From positions 45,012,001-45,076,000 of the forward strand of contig OX597815.1 in NCBI GenBank assembly GCA_951406725.2: a DNA stretch of 64,000 nt. The letters run 5' to 3'. Positions 39,587 through 53,613 of the stretch are shown here, in pieces. How positions within the stretch are numbered: the stretch's first letter is position 1; every line of letters begins with the position of its first letter. The stretch comes from Octopus vulgaris. Its lineage: Eukaryota. Below the pieces are notes generated by a model. That model saw only the letters and a list, made by a program, of their open reading frames with translations. It ran no database searches and had not been told where the DNA came from. The translations under genes and the position numbers were made by a program.

Positions 39587-39682
39587 CGAGGGGTGTATGA
39601 AAAGTTTTGAGCTTGTACATTCATCAGAAGTCTTGTACCATGTTTTGTTTTTTGAGGCTCAAGACTTTTCATACACCCCTCG
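39587..39682. mobile_element. 96-bp mariner-type MITE
   Basis: TA|CGAGGGGTGTATGAAAAGTTTTGAGC ... GCTCAAGACTTTTCATACACCCCTCG|TA. Confidence 0.88.
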
Positions 39683-41110
39683 TATATCGTTGGTTTGATT
39701 ACTCTACAGCTGGGTAATCCTTGTGATTCTTATGCATTCGCTACAACTTACTATCGTTCAGGCGTTTAATTCGGTCTTCCAGTTTAACTCTATGGATAAA
39801 TTTTCTGTCTCGTCTTTTACTATGTGTTCGGGTTACATTCTTAGTTATCTTGTTTAATATCAATATTTTGTAAACATTGCTATCGAGCTGAAACACATTT
39901 CTAGTCTTAAGTGTATGCACTTAAAATTGCTAGAATTTTTGGAGAGCATCAGTTGCTCTTTTAATTCATTTTGAAAACATGAGGTGCGGTTATCCGCTTT
40001 CAATTTTATATTACTATATGATGCCCTCTTGAAATACTTCTAAATGTTTGATTTATTTTAGCACTCTATCCGTTTTCTCAATTAGTTGTGTAGTATAGAC
40101 ATGTCATCATCTTGTCTTCCCACTTGCGAAAGTCGGATCTGGTGAAGAAGTGTCTAAGCTGCAAGGAGTGTAAGATAAAATGCATTGCCGTATTTATTTC
40201 GGTTCTCTATGCCCTGATTTTAAATTCTATCGCAGTCATATTTACTTTTCATCTCTAGGGAGTGTTTTCTACTATAGCCTAGGGCCGACCAAAGCCTTGT
40301 GAGTGGATTTGGTAGACAGAAACTGAAAGAAGCCCATCGTATATATGTATATGTATATATGTGTGTGTTTGTGTGTCTGTTTTTGCCCCCCCCCCCCAAC
40401 ATCGCTTGACAACCAATGCTGGTGTCTTTACGTCTCCTTAACTTAGCGGTTCGGCAAAAGAGACCGATAGAATAAGTACTAGGCTTACAAAGTCGATTTG
40501 CTCGACTAAAGGTGGTGCCCCAGCATGGCTGCAGTAAAATGACTGAATCAAGTAAAACGAGTTAAAAAAAAGCTGTTCAAGGTCTAACAGAATTATGGTG
40601 CCAAAGGTTAGTAATTCGAACGTACTTATCGTTTTTATGTTTCTACACATTTCTTGAAGTAAATGTTTTCCCTTTTGTAAGAATTCATACAATATGTACA
40701 TTGAGTAGTAAAGAGTCTTGTGTTCTGTTATTCTATTCTACTTATTTATTTTCGATTGATTATAATTTGTTTACTTAAAAACAGGAATTTTGGAAAATAA
40801 AAGTTTTTTTTACAACTGCGATTTCTGTTTTTGCTTACGTGAAATTTAAAAAATAATTGAAGATTTGGTTGTTATTTCCAGCATGTGGAGAGACCTTCTA
40901 GGCTTAACTTCATGTGCTGGTTGAAAATCACCTAAAAAAGATTCTGGGGTCGACACATTCGACTAAAAATTCCTCAAAGTGGTGCCCTAGCATGGTCACG
41001 GTCTAATAACAAGTAAAAAGAAAAAAATAACCGAAAAACGTAGCCGTGAGGCTTTTGTCCGCAACCCGTGTGGATTCATATGTACATCTTTCGCGTCAAA
41101 TATATATATA

Positions 41111-41564
41111 CTAGCAGCATAGCCCGGCGTTGCCCGGGTATGTAAGAGCCCCTAGTAGGCAATGACTAATCCCAATCTAGTCCTTTCCCTCTAGGGAACG
41201 AAGGCACATGTGTGGGTTGCAATGTCTTCTCTTCACTCGAATACTTCTGTGTATACGATGTTCCTAGCTGTCCCTTTGGGCGAAAATATGAAAACATAAT
41301 TGTGCCTCCCAACGCGTGAACAGCCCAGAAAATGTGTTGCATATAAAAAGCTTAGATTCTCGACCCCATGTCGAATTTATCGACTTTTTCAGAACTGGGG
41401 GAACTTTTCAAAATTTTCGCTGCGTTAGTTTTGAATTATGACATTGGGCTATGTGTGTGTCAAGTTTCATCAGAATCGGTTGAAAGCCGTGGTCAGGGTG
41501 AGGGTACAAACTGACAGACACACAGACACACAGACAGACAAACTGCCGTTTATATAGAGAGAGA
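41111..41564 (-). mobile_element. Non-autonomous Helitron
   Basis: A|CTAG with the hairpin gcccggcgttgcccggg at the left end and tttatatagagagaGA|T at the right end. Confidence 0.75.
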
Positions 41565-42223
41565 TAGTACATGTATATGAATTAGAGAACCACCATATAG
41601 CAATTCAACAATGATATACTTAAATCATACCATATAGAAAAAAAAATAAAGATACGATAAAGCATTTACATAGAACTAAATAAAGTATGAAATAATAAAT
41701 TAATTCGTCCACAACACTTTCACTTCTCTCTTCTTCCTTCCTTACCCTGTTCCATCTCTTACCTCCTCTCCATCACTCCTCGCTACACCTCCGCACCGCA
41801 TCCCCATGCTTGACCTTCATTCCTTCACTCTTTCCTCCAGCAACTCCTCTAACTTCTCTCCTATTTCCTTTCCAGCTTTCCTTCTCAGTGCTTGCAATCC
41901 TCTATACACTTCTCTCATTTGCTCTTCAAAAATACTCGTTACTTTAGCGGAGGCGTTCGCCTTCAAAAACCACTTATTATATCTCTCTCCACTTCAAAGT
42001 AACTTCAGCTATGTAACCACATTGTGCTTTTCTCGGACTTTTTTTTCTGCCCAGAACCTTTCCTCTTTCCTCTTTTTGACGAAGAGCCATGCTCGAAACG
42101 TCACATCATCTCTTTTTTTTTTTTTTCATCTTAAATAGAGCTTGAACCTAATACATTCATTGTGTACGTCATTTTGACTTTTGCTGCTTTTGCTTTTATT
42201 TTCATTTTTGATTAGCATATATA

Positions 42224-42254
<31 letters not shown>

Positions 42255-45200
42255 AGACAGCATTGTGGCAACAGATTGGAAACGGCCGTAAGATATGTTA
42301 CGACACCTATTTGTTATGTCATGCTTTGTATAAAAACTAAGCTATAAATGTGGTCCGCTCGATGTGTTTGTTAATCTGAGGTTTTCTCCATTTTCTGATT
42401 ATATATGTGTGTGTGTGTGTATTACGTGTTTTAATTAAAGTTACTTTGCTCACTATATTAAATATGGTAGTAAAAAATTAACTAGTTTACATTCATGTGC
42501 AGTTTGACCGAATGGTTAAGCACTTTCGCTTCGCCCACACAAGTCCTCGGGTTCGATCTGATTGTATGACATCTTGGGCAAATGCAATTTGCTGAAACTT
42601 CGATCGAACCACACCTTATCAGTGAAATCGAAATGACGGAAACTTTATAGAAGCCCGTCGAGTGGTTTACAGCCGTAATTCAAAACATGCAAACTTGTCA
42701 CACTGTTACACCAAGTCAACCGGAGAATTACATTAAGGTCTCACGTATCGGTGGAATACCCGGCCACGTTCAGGTTAATTTAGAAGCAGGTTATTCAGTC
42801 GATGAAACAGCTGAATTCTTCTTGTCGAACGAAAGAGATCCACCACCATATAGTTGACGGAAACTATATGGAAACCTGTCGCATGCATACATACATTGTA
42901 TAAGTGTTTTTGTATGTACATACATACACATATATACATAGTATGTATCTGTACCTGTGATTGTCACTGCCCCACACTACTTACTTGACAACCGGTGTTA
43001 GTTTGTTTATATCCCTTTCACTTAATGGTTTTTTGGCAAAAAAAGCCATCTTATAAGGACCTGACTACCGAAGAAACACAACAAAAATATTGGGGCTGAT
43101 TTGTTCGACTAAAACCCTTCAAGGCTATGCCCCAGCATGGCCGCAGTTTGATGACTAAAACATGTGAAAGATAAAAGATATAAAACACTTCAGAGAATAT
43201 CCACTCACGCATACACTCACGCACGCACGCACGCATACACACGCACACACACCTTTTAACTCTCTCCTCTCTTTCGTTATTCATACACAGCCTCATTGAC
43301 ATACGCATGCCATGAGTCAACGAGAAGCCTATATGTGGTCTCTCGACCTGCTGAAAATAGCTGTCAAACTCTCCCTTAAATAGACACCCTACCATCACAA
43401 ATGAGTTAATATGTATAGTCTGAATTAAAGACAATGATCATTGCTGGTATTCCTCTGGTCATAAGTCAAACTCCATTAGGACTGACCTGTAGGCAAATAA
43501 ACGCACATGCTCTATCTCCACTCTCTGGCCTTCTCTATCTGTCTATCTCTCTCACTTTCTATCTATCTCTCTGTCTCTGCCGCCCCATACAGACACACAA
43601 ATCCATGTACAAATGCGTGTACCCACACATACACACACACGTATAAATGTACATAATCCTAATGCGTCAAGTTGAAAAGTTGACGTCTTCAAGAGGGCAA
43701 GGGGTGTTGTAGATGTATGATAGATAATTAAGAAAATAAATTACAAGCAATAAAAATGACAAAGCATGAAGAATACAAATATAAAATAAAATAGACAGTA
43801 CGGAGGAAGGTTTGTGTAGACGCCGAACAGCTTGTGTAAGTGAGAGTTGAGTATAATAAGATAACGACATTAAAAGTGATAGCTATTAAATACAGGGCGA
43901 ACGAATCTTGCGCGCCAAAACGATGGCAAGTGTTGGGAGTAAGATGGAAGTAAAGACTTGCTTCAACAAGTTTTCATAATGACACAGAATAAACACGGAG
44001 ACAATAGAATGGATATATATTGAAGAGAGAAAATATAGAAAGAGCCAACCCCATTGAGACAATATGGTTTGGTTTTTATAACCCTTTTATGGTTAATTAA
44101 TTTGTACGGTAAAAACAAACAAAGAAGTTGATAGCTTTTTTTTCTTCCTTTTTACAAGGTGACTTTTTGACTTTTTGATAGCCATTTTGAAGATATGAAG
44201 ATAAAAGGGAGGAAGAATAGATAAATAATTAAGCTAATGAACATTGGGAAGAGATAGATGGATGAGAAGAATAATGATGATAATGATGATGATGATGACG
44301 ACGACGACGACGATGATGATGATGGGCAAGCGTCAGTGGGGATGGGGCGGAGGTGGCGGCAGTGGTGCTTGAAACATAGCTGCTGCTGCTGATGATGATT
44401 TGCAGATAAGTAATTTCAATACTTTAAGAGTATTGCTGCTATTCAGTATTTTCATTTTTTAGTTCCAAATGTTTGTACAGACAGATGATCAACTGAAATC
44501 TTTAGCATTTGGTTTTAGAAATTTAGTAATCTATATTCGTATTATCAGTTATTCCATGTAGTGCTAGAACCTTGGTTTATTTTCAGAATTAGTTGACGAA
44601 AAAGCATAGTTAACAATGAAAACTAATTGTCATAAGCTTATAAGAATAAACTTATAGAGAAAAGTACTTCAGCTGTAGTTACGATCCCCTGTCGTTTTAG
44701 CGATCAGTCCTTCCTCTTTTTTATTTAAAAGATGTGTAGAGATTGGCTGCTATTCATGCAGAGCACTTCTCAAACTGGGCAGTACTGTAAAAATTTTAAA
44801 TGGTAATTGAAGGCAAAGGCTGTAGTAGGAAGCAATAGATGTATCTGTAAGCTATCCATCTAAATACAAATACAAAATTTACATATGCGCAGGCGTGGTT
44901 GTGTGGTAAGAAACTGGCTTCCCAACTACATGGCTCTGGGATCAGTCCCACTGCATGGCACCTTGAGTAAATATCTTCAATTATAGCTCGGCCCGTCGTA
45001 ACCACATGTGAATCGTCTGCGATTTTCTTCCTCCGTCTTCCTTTCTATTGGACTTTCTTCTGTTTCTGAAGATAAGCGTTGCTCGAAACATTAAACCATC
45101 TTTTTTACCTTTCCTGAGCGTCTGTTAATACTTTATATGTACCTCGTCTTCGTGTTGTTGAGTTTTTTGTGTTTGTTCTTCTTTTTGGGGATTTACTATA

Positions 45201-46317
45201 TATATATACACGCACACACACACACACTCATATATATGTGCGTGTGAGTGTGTGTCTTTGCATCTATGTTTGTCCCCCTACCATCGCTTGACAACCGATG
45301 CTGGCTTGTTTACGACCCCGTAACTTAGCGGTTTGACAAAAGAGACCAATACAATAAGTACTAGGCTTACAAAGAATAAGTCCTGGGGTCGAATTCTTCC
45401 ACTAGAAAACCCTTTAAGGCGGTGCTCCAACATGGTCGCAGTCAAATAACCGAAACAAGTAAAAATAAAGAATAAAAGAATAGATGCAGATATGATTGGT
45501 TTCGGATTTGGACAACTGCGCAGCGCCTTGGCACTGATGTGGCAATATGGCCTGTGGATGGCCGTAGTAGATGGTTTTTGTTTGTCAACGATATAAAGCT
45601 TAAGATGACCTCTCATATGGACTTGTGGTGTATTAGAATACTTGTATTTATATCGTTGACAGAGGAGAACCGTCTGCAAAAGCCACCATTTTAATGCACC
45701 ACGGCTCCATAATAAGTCTGTTCAAGGTAAATAACACAATAATTTTGTTCTAACACCACATCTAAGTTGGTGTTAAAGATTGCATTTTGGTATTATTACC
45801 GGTTCTGTTACTATGAATCATTTTTAATTATCCCACAGGCTATTTGCAATATCAGTGCCTGACTAGACATTGATATTCTGTATACAATTCACGGGAGATT
45901 CAGTTGTGATGTTACTGCTGGACGTCTTCTGCTGAAGAGCTCAAAACAAGACGAAATTAGTTGATATGGCCATTCCGTAGTAGACGGTGCTCGTCTGCCA
46001 ACGATATAAATACGAGTGCTTTGATGTACCACGAGTGTATATGAGAGGTCTTCTTAAGGCAAATAACGCAATAGTGTGTATTCTAACACAACATACTCAA
46101 ATGGTCGGTTTCCGGATTCTGTGCCGCAGTTATATTCCACTTCCTCCCTGAACGGAACGCCGGTCCATCGCATGGTTACTCATTTTTGTTAGCTGAGTGG
46201 ACTAGAACGCGTGGAATGAAGTGTTTTACTTAAAAACGCAATGAATCGCCCGGTCCTGGAATCGAAGCCACAGTCTTGTGATAAGTGCAACATCCTAAGC
46301 ACTAAGCCCCGTACATC

Positions 46318-46348
<31 letters not shown>

Positions 46349-46374
46349 GTATATATACATATATATATATTTTT

Positions 46375-46555
46375 TTTTTTTTCTTCCGTCTTCCCTTCTC
46401 AGGATCTTTCCCTTTCCTATGTTTTTGACGAAGAGCTCTGCTCGAAACGTTAAACCCTCCTTCTTCCTTTCCTTCCTGTGCGTCCAATAATACTATATTT
46501 GTTCCACGTCCTCGCGTTGTGTTTTCTCTTTGTGTTTTCATGTTTGAATTAACTA
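46375..46555 (+). mobile_element. Repeat family C (PLE-tail-like) with minimal HHR at 46421-46455
   Basis: GTTT-TTGACGA-a-GAGC tct GCTC-GAAA-CG-TT-AAAC. Similar to 45010-45200, 42050-42215 and 34725-34960. Confidence 0.65.
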
Positions 46556-46578
46556 TGTATATATATATATATATATAT

Positions 46579-46673
<95 letters not shown>

Positions 46674-46809
46674 TGTGCGCGCGTGTATGCGGTTGTGGGT
46701 ATGTGAGTATATATATATATATATCCATATATGTAGATATATACGCTATATATATGCATAGACAAACACGCACGCATACATACACACACTAACACACATC
46801 TCTCTCACT

Positions 46810-46895
<86 letters not shown>

Positions 46896-47478
46896 CTGAA
46901 CATGCGAGTGTCTAGCTGGTATCGAGGGAAAGGATGTAGGAATGATGGAGATGGCTATCACATTAATTTAGGTAATGGAGTGTCATTATTAGTAAAGTGA
47001 GTGCACGTGTTCTATTGGAATCAGACACATATCGCTCAAACGACTTACACATATCATACGATCATAGATAGTAACACACACATATATGCTAGTGAGTATT
47101 AGTTTGTATGCGTATGTCTGTGTGTGTGTGGGGTATGCGTGCCTGTGTATGTGTGTGTGGTGTGTGTGTGTGCGCGCACGCGTGTGTCTAAATATACGGC
47201 AATATTAAAAGTCTACCCAACCGCGTTTTCGCCTCTCTACCTCGCACGGCCCTTCTATTTACCACATCCCGTTACCTTCTTATCCAAACCATTTTCTTTC
47301 CCATTACGCCTGAGGCAGGCAACAAGACTTGTTAGAACTCTTAGAAGTCATATACGCTTATCCTCGGCTTTTTTTTTTTATTTGTGATCAAAACAAAGAA
47401 CCGAGCATTAGCGCAAATTATTTTGTGGCAGAAAAAGAAACCGTAGTAGTAGTAGCAGCAGCGGCGGCGGCGGTGGTG

Positions 47479-47529
<51 letters not shown>

Positions 47530-47670
47530 TGTATGTATAGAAGTTAATGTATTGGTACCAAAGTAAAATGGTTCTTATTCATTAAACAAAATCGAACAGG
47601 ATTATTTTTGTAGGCGTCTACCGGACTCCATTACGTCTCATGTGTGTATGTATGTATGTATGTATGTATG

Positions 47671-47720
<50 letters not shown>

Positions 47721-47751
47721 CACAAGACATATATGTTGTGTGTGTATGTGT

Positions 47752-48127
47752 GGAGGCGCACTGGCCCAGTGGTTAGGGCAGTGGACTCGCGGTCGTAGGA
47801 TCGCGGTTTCTATTCCAAAACCGGGCGTTGTGAGTGTTTATTGAGCGAAAATACCTAAAGTTCCGGCAAATGGTGGTAGCGAACACTGCTGTACACTTTC
47901 ATCACAACTTTCTCTCGCCCTTTCTTTCTGCTTCTGTTGTACCTATATTTCAAAGGGCCAGCCTTGGCCCTGTCACCCTCTGTGTCACGCTGAATCCACC
48001 CCGAGAACTACGTTAAGGGTACATGTGTCTGTGGAGTGCTTAGGTACTTACACGTTAATTCACGAGCAGGATGTTTCGTTGATCGGATCAACTGGAACCC
48101 TCGTTGTTGTAACCGACGGAATGCCAC
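47752..48127 (+). mobile_element. tRNA-derived SINE family 2
   Basis: Head ggaggcgcactggcccagtggttagggcag...ggtttctattcc, shared with 55645. Confidence 0.8.
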
Positions 48128-48206
48128 GATATATATATATATATTACAATTGTTCGTTTGTTTTCCACCTGCCTTCGTCTTTTGTTTATTTTCATAAAGC
48201 TTCCCG

Positions 48207-48268
<62 letters not shown>

Positions 48269-48270
48269 AT

Positions 48271-48880
48271 AAGTAAATATATGGCAGAACGAAGTACCGA
48301 TATTTACTGGAAATAGCGAACGTAATAATACGACGCTAATGTATAGCTTCACCGCGTATGTACTAGCAAAAATGCGTGAGTGCAACAAACTTGAAAAAAA
48401 TTGTCTTACCTCCAGGGAGAACATCTGAAAGATGAAATACCTGGAAAAGGATAATGTGGGACAGGAGCCGGTTTCAAATTTTTCAAGATATCGCTGCACA
48501 CATATACTTGATCTATCTTCATCAGCCAAACATATACCACGACAACATTTCAGATGTTACCACATTAATGCCAATACACTCGACTGAAACGCCAAAACGC
48601 TAACAGAACGAGAACGGTGAAGAAGTTTCAATAAAATTAGTAATGCAATACGAGAGTATTGCCTTTCCAGTAAAGAATAGCCCGTGAGGGAAAATTATAC
48701 ATAGAAGTAAATATATGGCAGAACGAAGTACCGATATTTACTGGAAATAGCGAACGTAATAATACGACGCTAATGTATAGCTTCACCGCGTATGTACTAG
48801 CAAAAATGCGTGAGTGCAACAAACTTGAAAAAAATTGTCTTACCTCCAGGGAGAACATCTGAAAGATGAAATACCTAGAA
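48271..48880 (-). mobile_element. Third retrozyme-like family, 434-bp period, ~1.4 units
   Basis: 48271-48447 repeats almost exactly at 48705-48881. Flanked by TA-rich microsatellites and contains an HHR. Confidence 0.8.
48454..48533 (-). ncRNA. Type I hammerhead ribozyme (family 3), GUC triplet
   Basis: ATG(tt)TGG-CTGATGA-AGAT aga TCAAG...CTTGA aaa ATTT-GAAA-C(c)GG ct CC(t)G-TC-CCACAT. Confidence 0.7.
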
Positions 48881-48890
48881 AATATGTATG

Positions 48891-49026
<136 letters not shown>

Positions 49027-49167
49027 AAAGGAACTCTAATCTCTCTTTTATATTTTGATAAGCATAACAAATGCGCAACCGGTAAAAAGAACTTTCACCT
49101 AATTAAATTACTTAAATTACTTCAATTATTTGTCAGCATTTTCTTCATTTCCTTTTATATATATATA

Positions 49168-49805
49168 CTAGCAGTATCGCCCGGCGTTGCTCGGGTTTGT
49201 AAGGGAAATAACTATATAAGCATTTTTAGAGAGTTATAGCCAAAAAATAGCAAAAAATGCATTAAAAATGGAAAAAATATGATGGTAAATTTTTTTGAAA
49301 AATCGTTGACTCATCGTAGACATTTTTAGAGAGTTACTTCCCTTATATAATAGCGAAAAAATGCATTAAAATGGGAAAAAAACGATGGTAAATTTTTTTT
49401 TAAATCGTAGACTCATGTAGACGCTTTCTTAGCCATTTCTGTTTTGGTGTCTTCAAGCCATGAAGTCGTTGTTCTAAAAGAACACTGGTCTCCTTGACAA
49501 CGCATTACGACGTTGATTTCCTTACACTCCCTTCCCCACAGGTGCAGGTGTGAGCGTGGACGCCAACTCCGCCGCCATCGACACACGAAAAATTATGCAT
49601 TAAAATGGAATATAAAATGATGTTAAATTATTTTTTAAATCGTAGACTCATCGTAGACGCGCGCTAATATTCAGACGGGCTCGATATGAATCACGACTAT
49701 AAGCTACCCGAATTTGGTTAAACTGTACCGCAAAATGTGGGAGTAGTTAGGAATCTAAATCGAAGGGGACAGACACTCTCACAACTACAGTTTTATATAT
49801 ATAGA
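49168..49805 (-). mobile_element. Non-autonomous Helitron (family shared with 52229 and 58448)
   Basis: CTAG plus hairpin at the left, ttttatatatataGA|T at the right, and internal duplicated blocks. Confidence 0.85.
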
Positions 49806-49879
49806 TATACATAGCGCAGTAGTGGTGAGATATGACAGCAAAGAAAAGCATACATTCACTCTCTGCATGCAATTAGACT

Positions 49880-50185
49880 CGGAAAGTTCGTGAGGAACCC
49901 ATTGACCCAATTTGCTGACTTTTCCGATAGCACACAGGTGTCAATGAATGGTTGAATGACCAAATCCAAGCTTCTCTGCTAGTTCCTCAACAGTTACGAT
50001 GATATTTTGTTCCACCAGGGTTTTCAGGATGTCCTTGTCGAGTTCTACAGATCTTTCAGGATGAGGCTCGTCTTCTAGGCTGTAGTTTATGGCTCGGGAT
50101 TTCTGGAACCACCATTGACACTGCCTTACGCTTATTGTCCAATCCCCATATACTGCATTAATATTTCTTGTACTTTGCACACATT
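49880..50185 (-). pseudogene. Mariner transposase N-terminal fragment
   Basis: RNINAVYGDWTISVRQCQWWFQK..SLEDEPH..TVEELAEKLGFGHSTIH (HTH region). Confidence 0.85.
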
Positions 50186-50240
50186 TATATTCTGTTATTC
50201 TTTTATATGTTTCAGCCTTGAGGTTGTGGCCATGCTGGAT

Positions 50241-50274
<34 letters not shown>

Positions 50275-50493
50275 TATCTGTCTGTCTGTCTGTATGTATA
50301 TATGTATATGTATGTGTGTGAACAATAATATTTTCAACAGATGTGTTGCAAATGTATCTGATTGTTCTCAAGCTTCAATACTGTGTGTGTGTGTATGTGT
50401 GTGTGTGTATGTATGTATGTATATGTATGTATGTATGTATGTATATGTATGTGTGTATGTATGTATGTGTGTGTGTATGTATGTGTGTGTGTA

Positions 50494-50528
<35 letters not shown>

Positions 50529-50714
50529 ATGTATGTATGTATGTATGTATGTATGTGTGTATGTTTACTTTATTACTAATTACTCTCTTCCAAGAACATT
50601 TTCACTCACTCTTAGCTCTTAGCTTCCCATACATTTTACTCATGTGTCTATCAGCGTCATAGACAGAATACTTTCACTTTAGTCTTCCTCAAATCATTCT
50701 GTCGCTATTTACTT

Positions 50715-51252
50715 TCATTTTATTCGTTGCCCACTGTGTGTGTGCGTTTGCGTGTGGTGTAAACCAGACTAAGAAAAGCATTTGACACACACACCAGAAT
50801 GTGAGTTTTCTGTAAATTTTGCTTAATTGGAGTTTAAATTTTAAAAACTGGACCTGGCATGACGCGATGCATTGTACTCTGAAAAATGCTAGGTAAATTG
50901 TAATTGAAGAAATCCTATATTGTAGATTTGTATAACTCCCAAAGGGAGGCAGATAAAATCTGCCTTTTATAATAAGAGATATATATATCTCTTATTATAA
51001 AAGGCAGATTTTATCTGCCTCCCTTTGGGAGTTATACAAATCTACAATATAGGATTTCTTCAATTACAATTTACCTAGCAATTTTAAGAGTACAATGCAT
51101 CGCGTCATGCCAGGTCCAGTTTTTAAAATTTAAACTCCAATTAAGCAAAATTTACAGAAAACTCACATTCTGGTGTGTGTGTCAAATGCTTTTCTTAGTC
51201 TGGTTTACACCACACGCAAACGCACACACACAGTGGGCAACGAATAAAATGA
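50715..51252. repeat. Spacer-less palindrome, 269-bp arms, centred on (AT)5
   Basis: Centre at 50983/50984 with about 2 mismatches between arms. Each arm starts with Helitron-like A|TCTCTTATTATAAAA. Confidence 0.93.
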
Positions 51253-51803
51253 TAGTAATTCACTTACTGTAGTGAGTGATTCTTTCACTCTGCCTCCCAC
51301 TTCCTCTTTCAACACATAGACACGCAAATATATAAATAAAATTGTAAGCTAACGTGCGTGTGTGTGAGTGTGTGTGTGTGCGTGTGTGTGCGCGCGTGTG
51401 TGTGTGAGGGTGCGTGTGTGTGTGTGTGCGTGTGCGTGAGTGTGTGACAGGAAAGTTTTTACGACGAATACATAAGACCAAAGCAGAGAATGTATTCTTT
51501 TATTCGTTCTTTATTCTTCTGCTTTTTCCAGCCATTGGTCTGTGGCCATGCTGGGGCAATGCCTTGAAGAATTGTAGTTTAATGAATCAACTCCAGTTTT
51601 ATTTTTGTAAGCATTGTACTTATTCTATCTGTTTCCTTTGTCAAACCACTAGGTGACAGGGATGTAAACAAACCAACATTCGTTGTCAAGCAGTGGTGGA
51701 GGACAATCACAAGCACAGACACGCACACACACACACATACATGCAGACACATATACACACATACATACATACATACATATATATATGTGTGTGTATATAT
51801 ATA

Positions 51804-52062
51804 TTGCAGCGTGGAAGGTGTTTGTAAGCCATTTAAGAAACACACAAAAACCGTTACATTCACTTCAACATTTAAATTTAATTTGCCAAAATATTTTCCT
51901 CGCTTTCAGACCGCGACCTGTTCACTGACAAAAATATCGTGCTAACAGGTCGCGGTCTCAAAGCGACGAAAATATTTTGGCAAATTAAATTTAAATGTTG
52001 AAGTGAATGTAACGGTTTTTGTGTGTTTCTTAAATGGCTTACAAACACCTTCCACGCTGCAA
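51804..52062. repeat. Inverted repeat, 119-bp arms, 21-nt spacer, next to (TA)n
   Basis: 51804-51922 versus 51944-52062, about 2 mismatches. Confidence 0.92.
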
Positions 52063-52228
52063 CTGTTTTCGTTCCAGCACACGATCTCAGATCAAGTCAC
52101 TTGCTATGCAAGTACATCTCTGTAACTATATATATATTTATATATATATATATATATATGTATATTGGTAAAAACAGTAAGATAACAAAAGAAAGAAAGA
52201 GACCTCAATATTATGTAAATAGAGGAAA

Positions 52229-52623
52229 TCTTTATATATAAAAGTGAGGTTGTGTGTCTGTCTCCTACGATTTAGATTCCTAACTACTCCCACATTTTGC
52301 GGTGCAGTTTAACCAAAACCGGGTATCTTATAGTCGTGATTCATATCGAGACCGTCTGGGTATTAGCGCGCGTCTACGATGAGTCTACGATTTAAAAAAA
52401 AATTTACCATCAATTTTTCCCATTTTAAATCCATTTTTGACATATATAAGGGAAGTAACTCTCTAAAATTTATTATTAAATCTCAGAACGTAAAAAGCTA
52501 CAGTAACACCCCTCCCCTTTTGTGGTTAGCCATATTGAGATGGCTATTATACTTTACATCTCTAAAAATGCTTATATAATTATTTCCCTTACAAACCCGA
52601 GCAACGCCGGGCGATACTGCTAG
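52229..52623 (+). mobile_element. Non-autonomous Helitron
   Basis: A|TCTTTATATATAAAAG ... cccgagcaacgccggg..CTAG|T. Confidence 0.85.
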
Positions 52624-52638
52624 TATATATATATATAT

Positions 52639-53613
<975 letters not shown>

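Noticed and set aside
47277-47310. Minus-strand mini-exon MGKKMVWIRR with AG|GTAACG donor
   Set aside because: Too short and without corroborating exons.
51895-51930. Possible G3-C8 hammerhead variant (GTGAACA..GAAA on the minus strand)
   Set aside because: No UH triplet or stem I, and the other arm has CAAA instead of GAAA.
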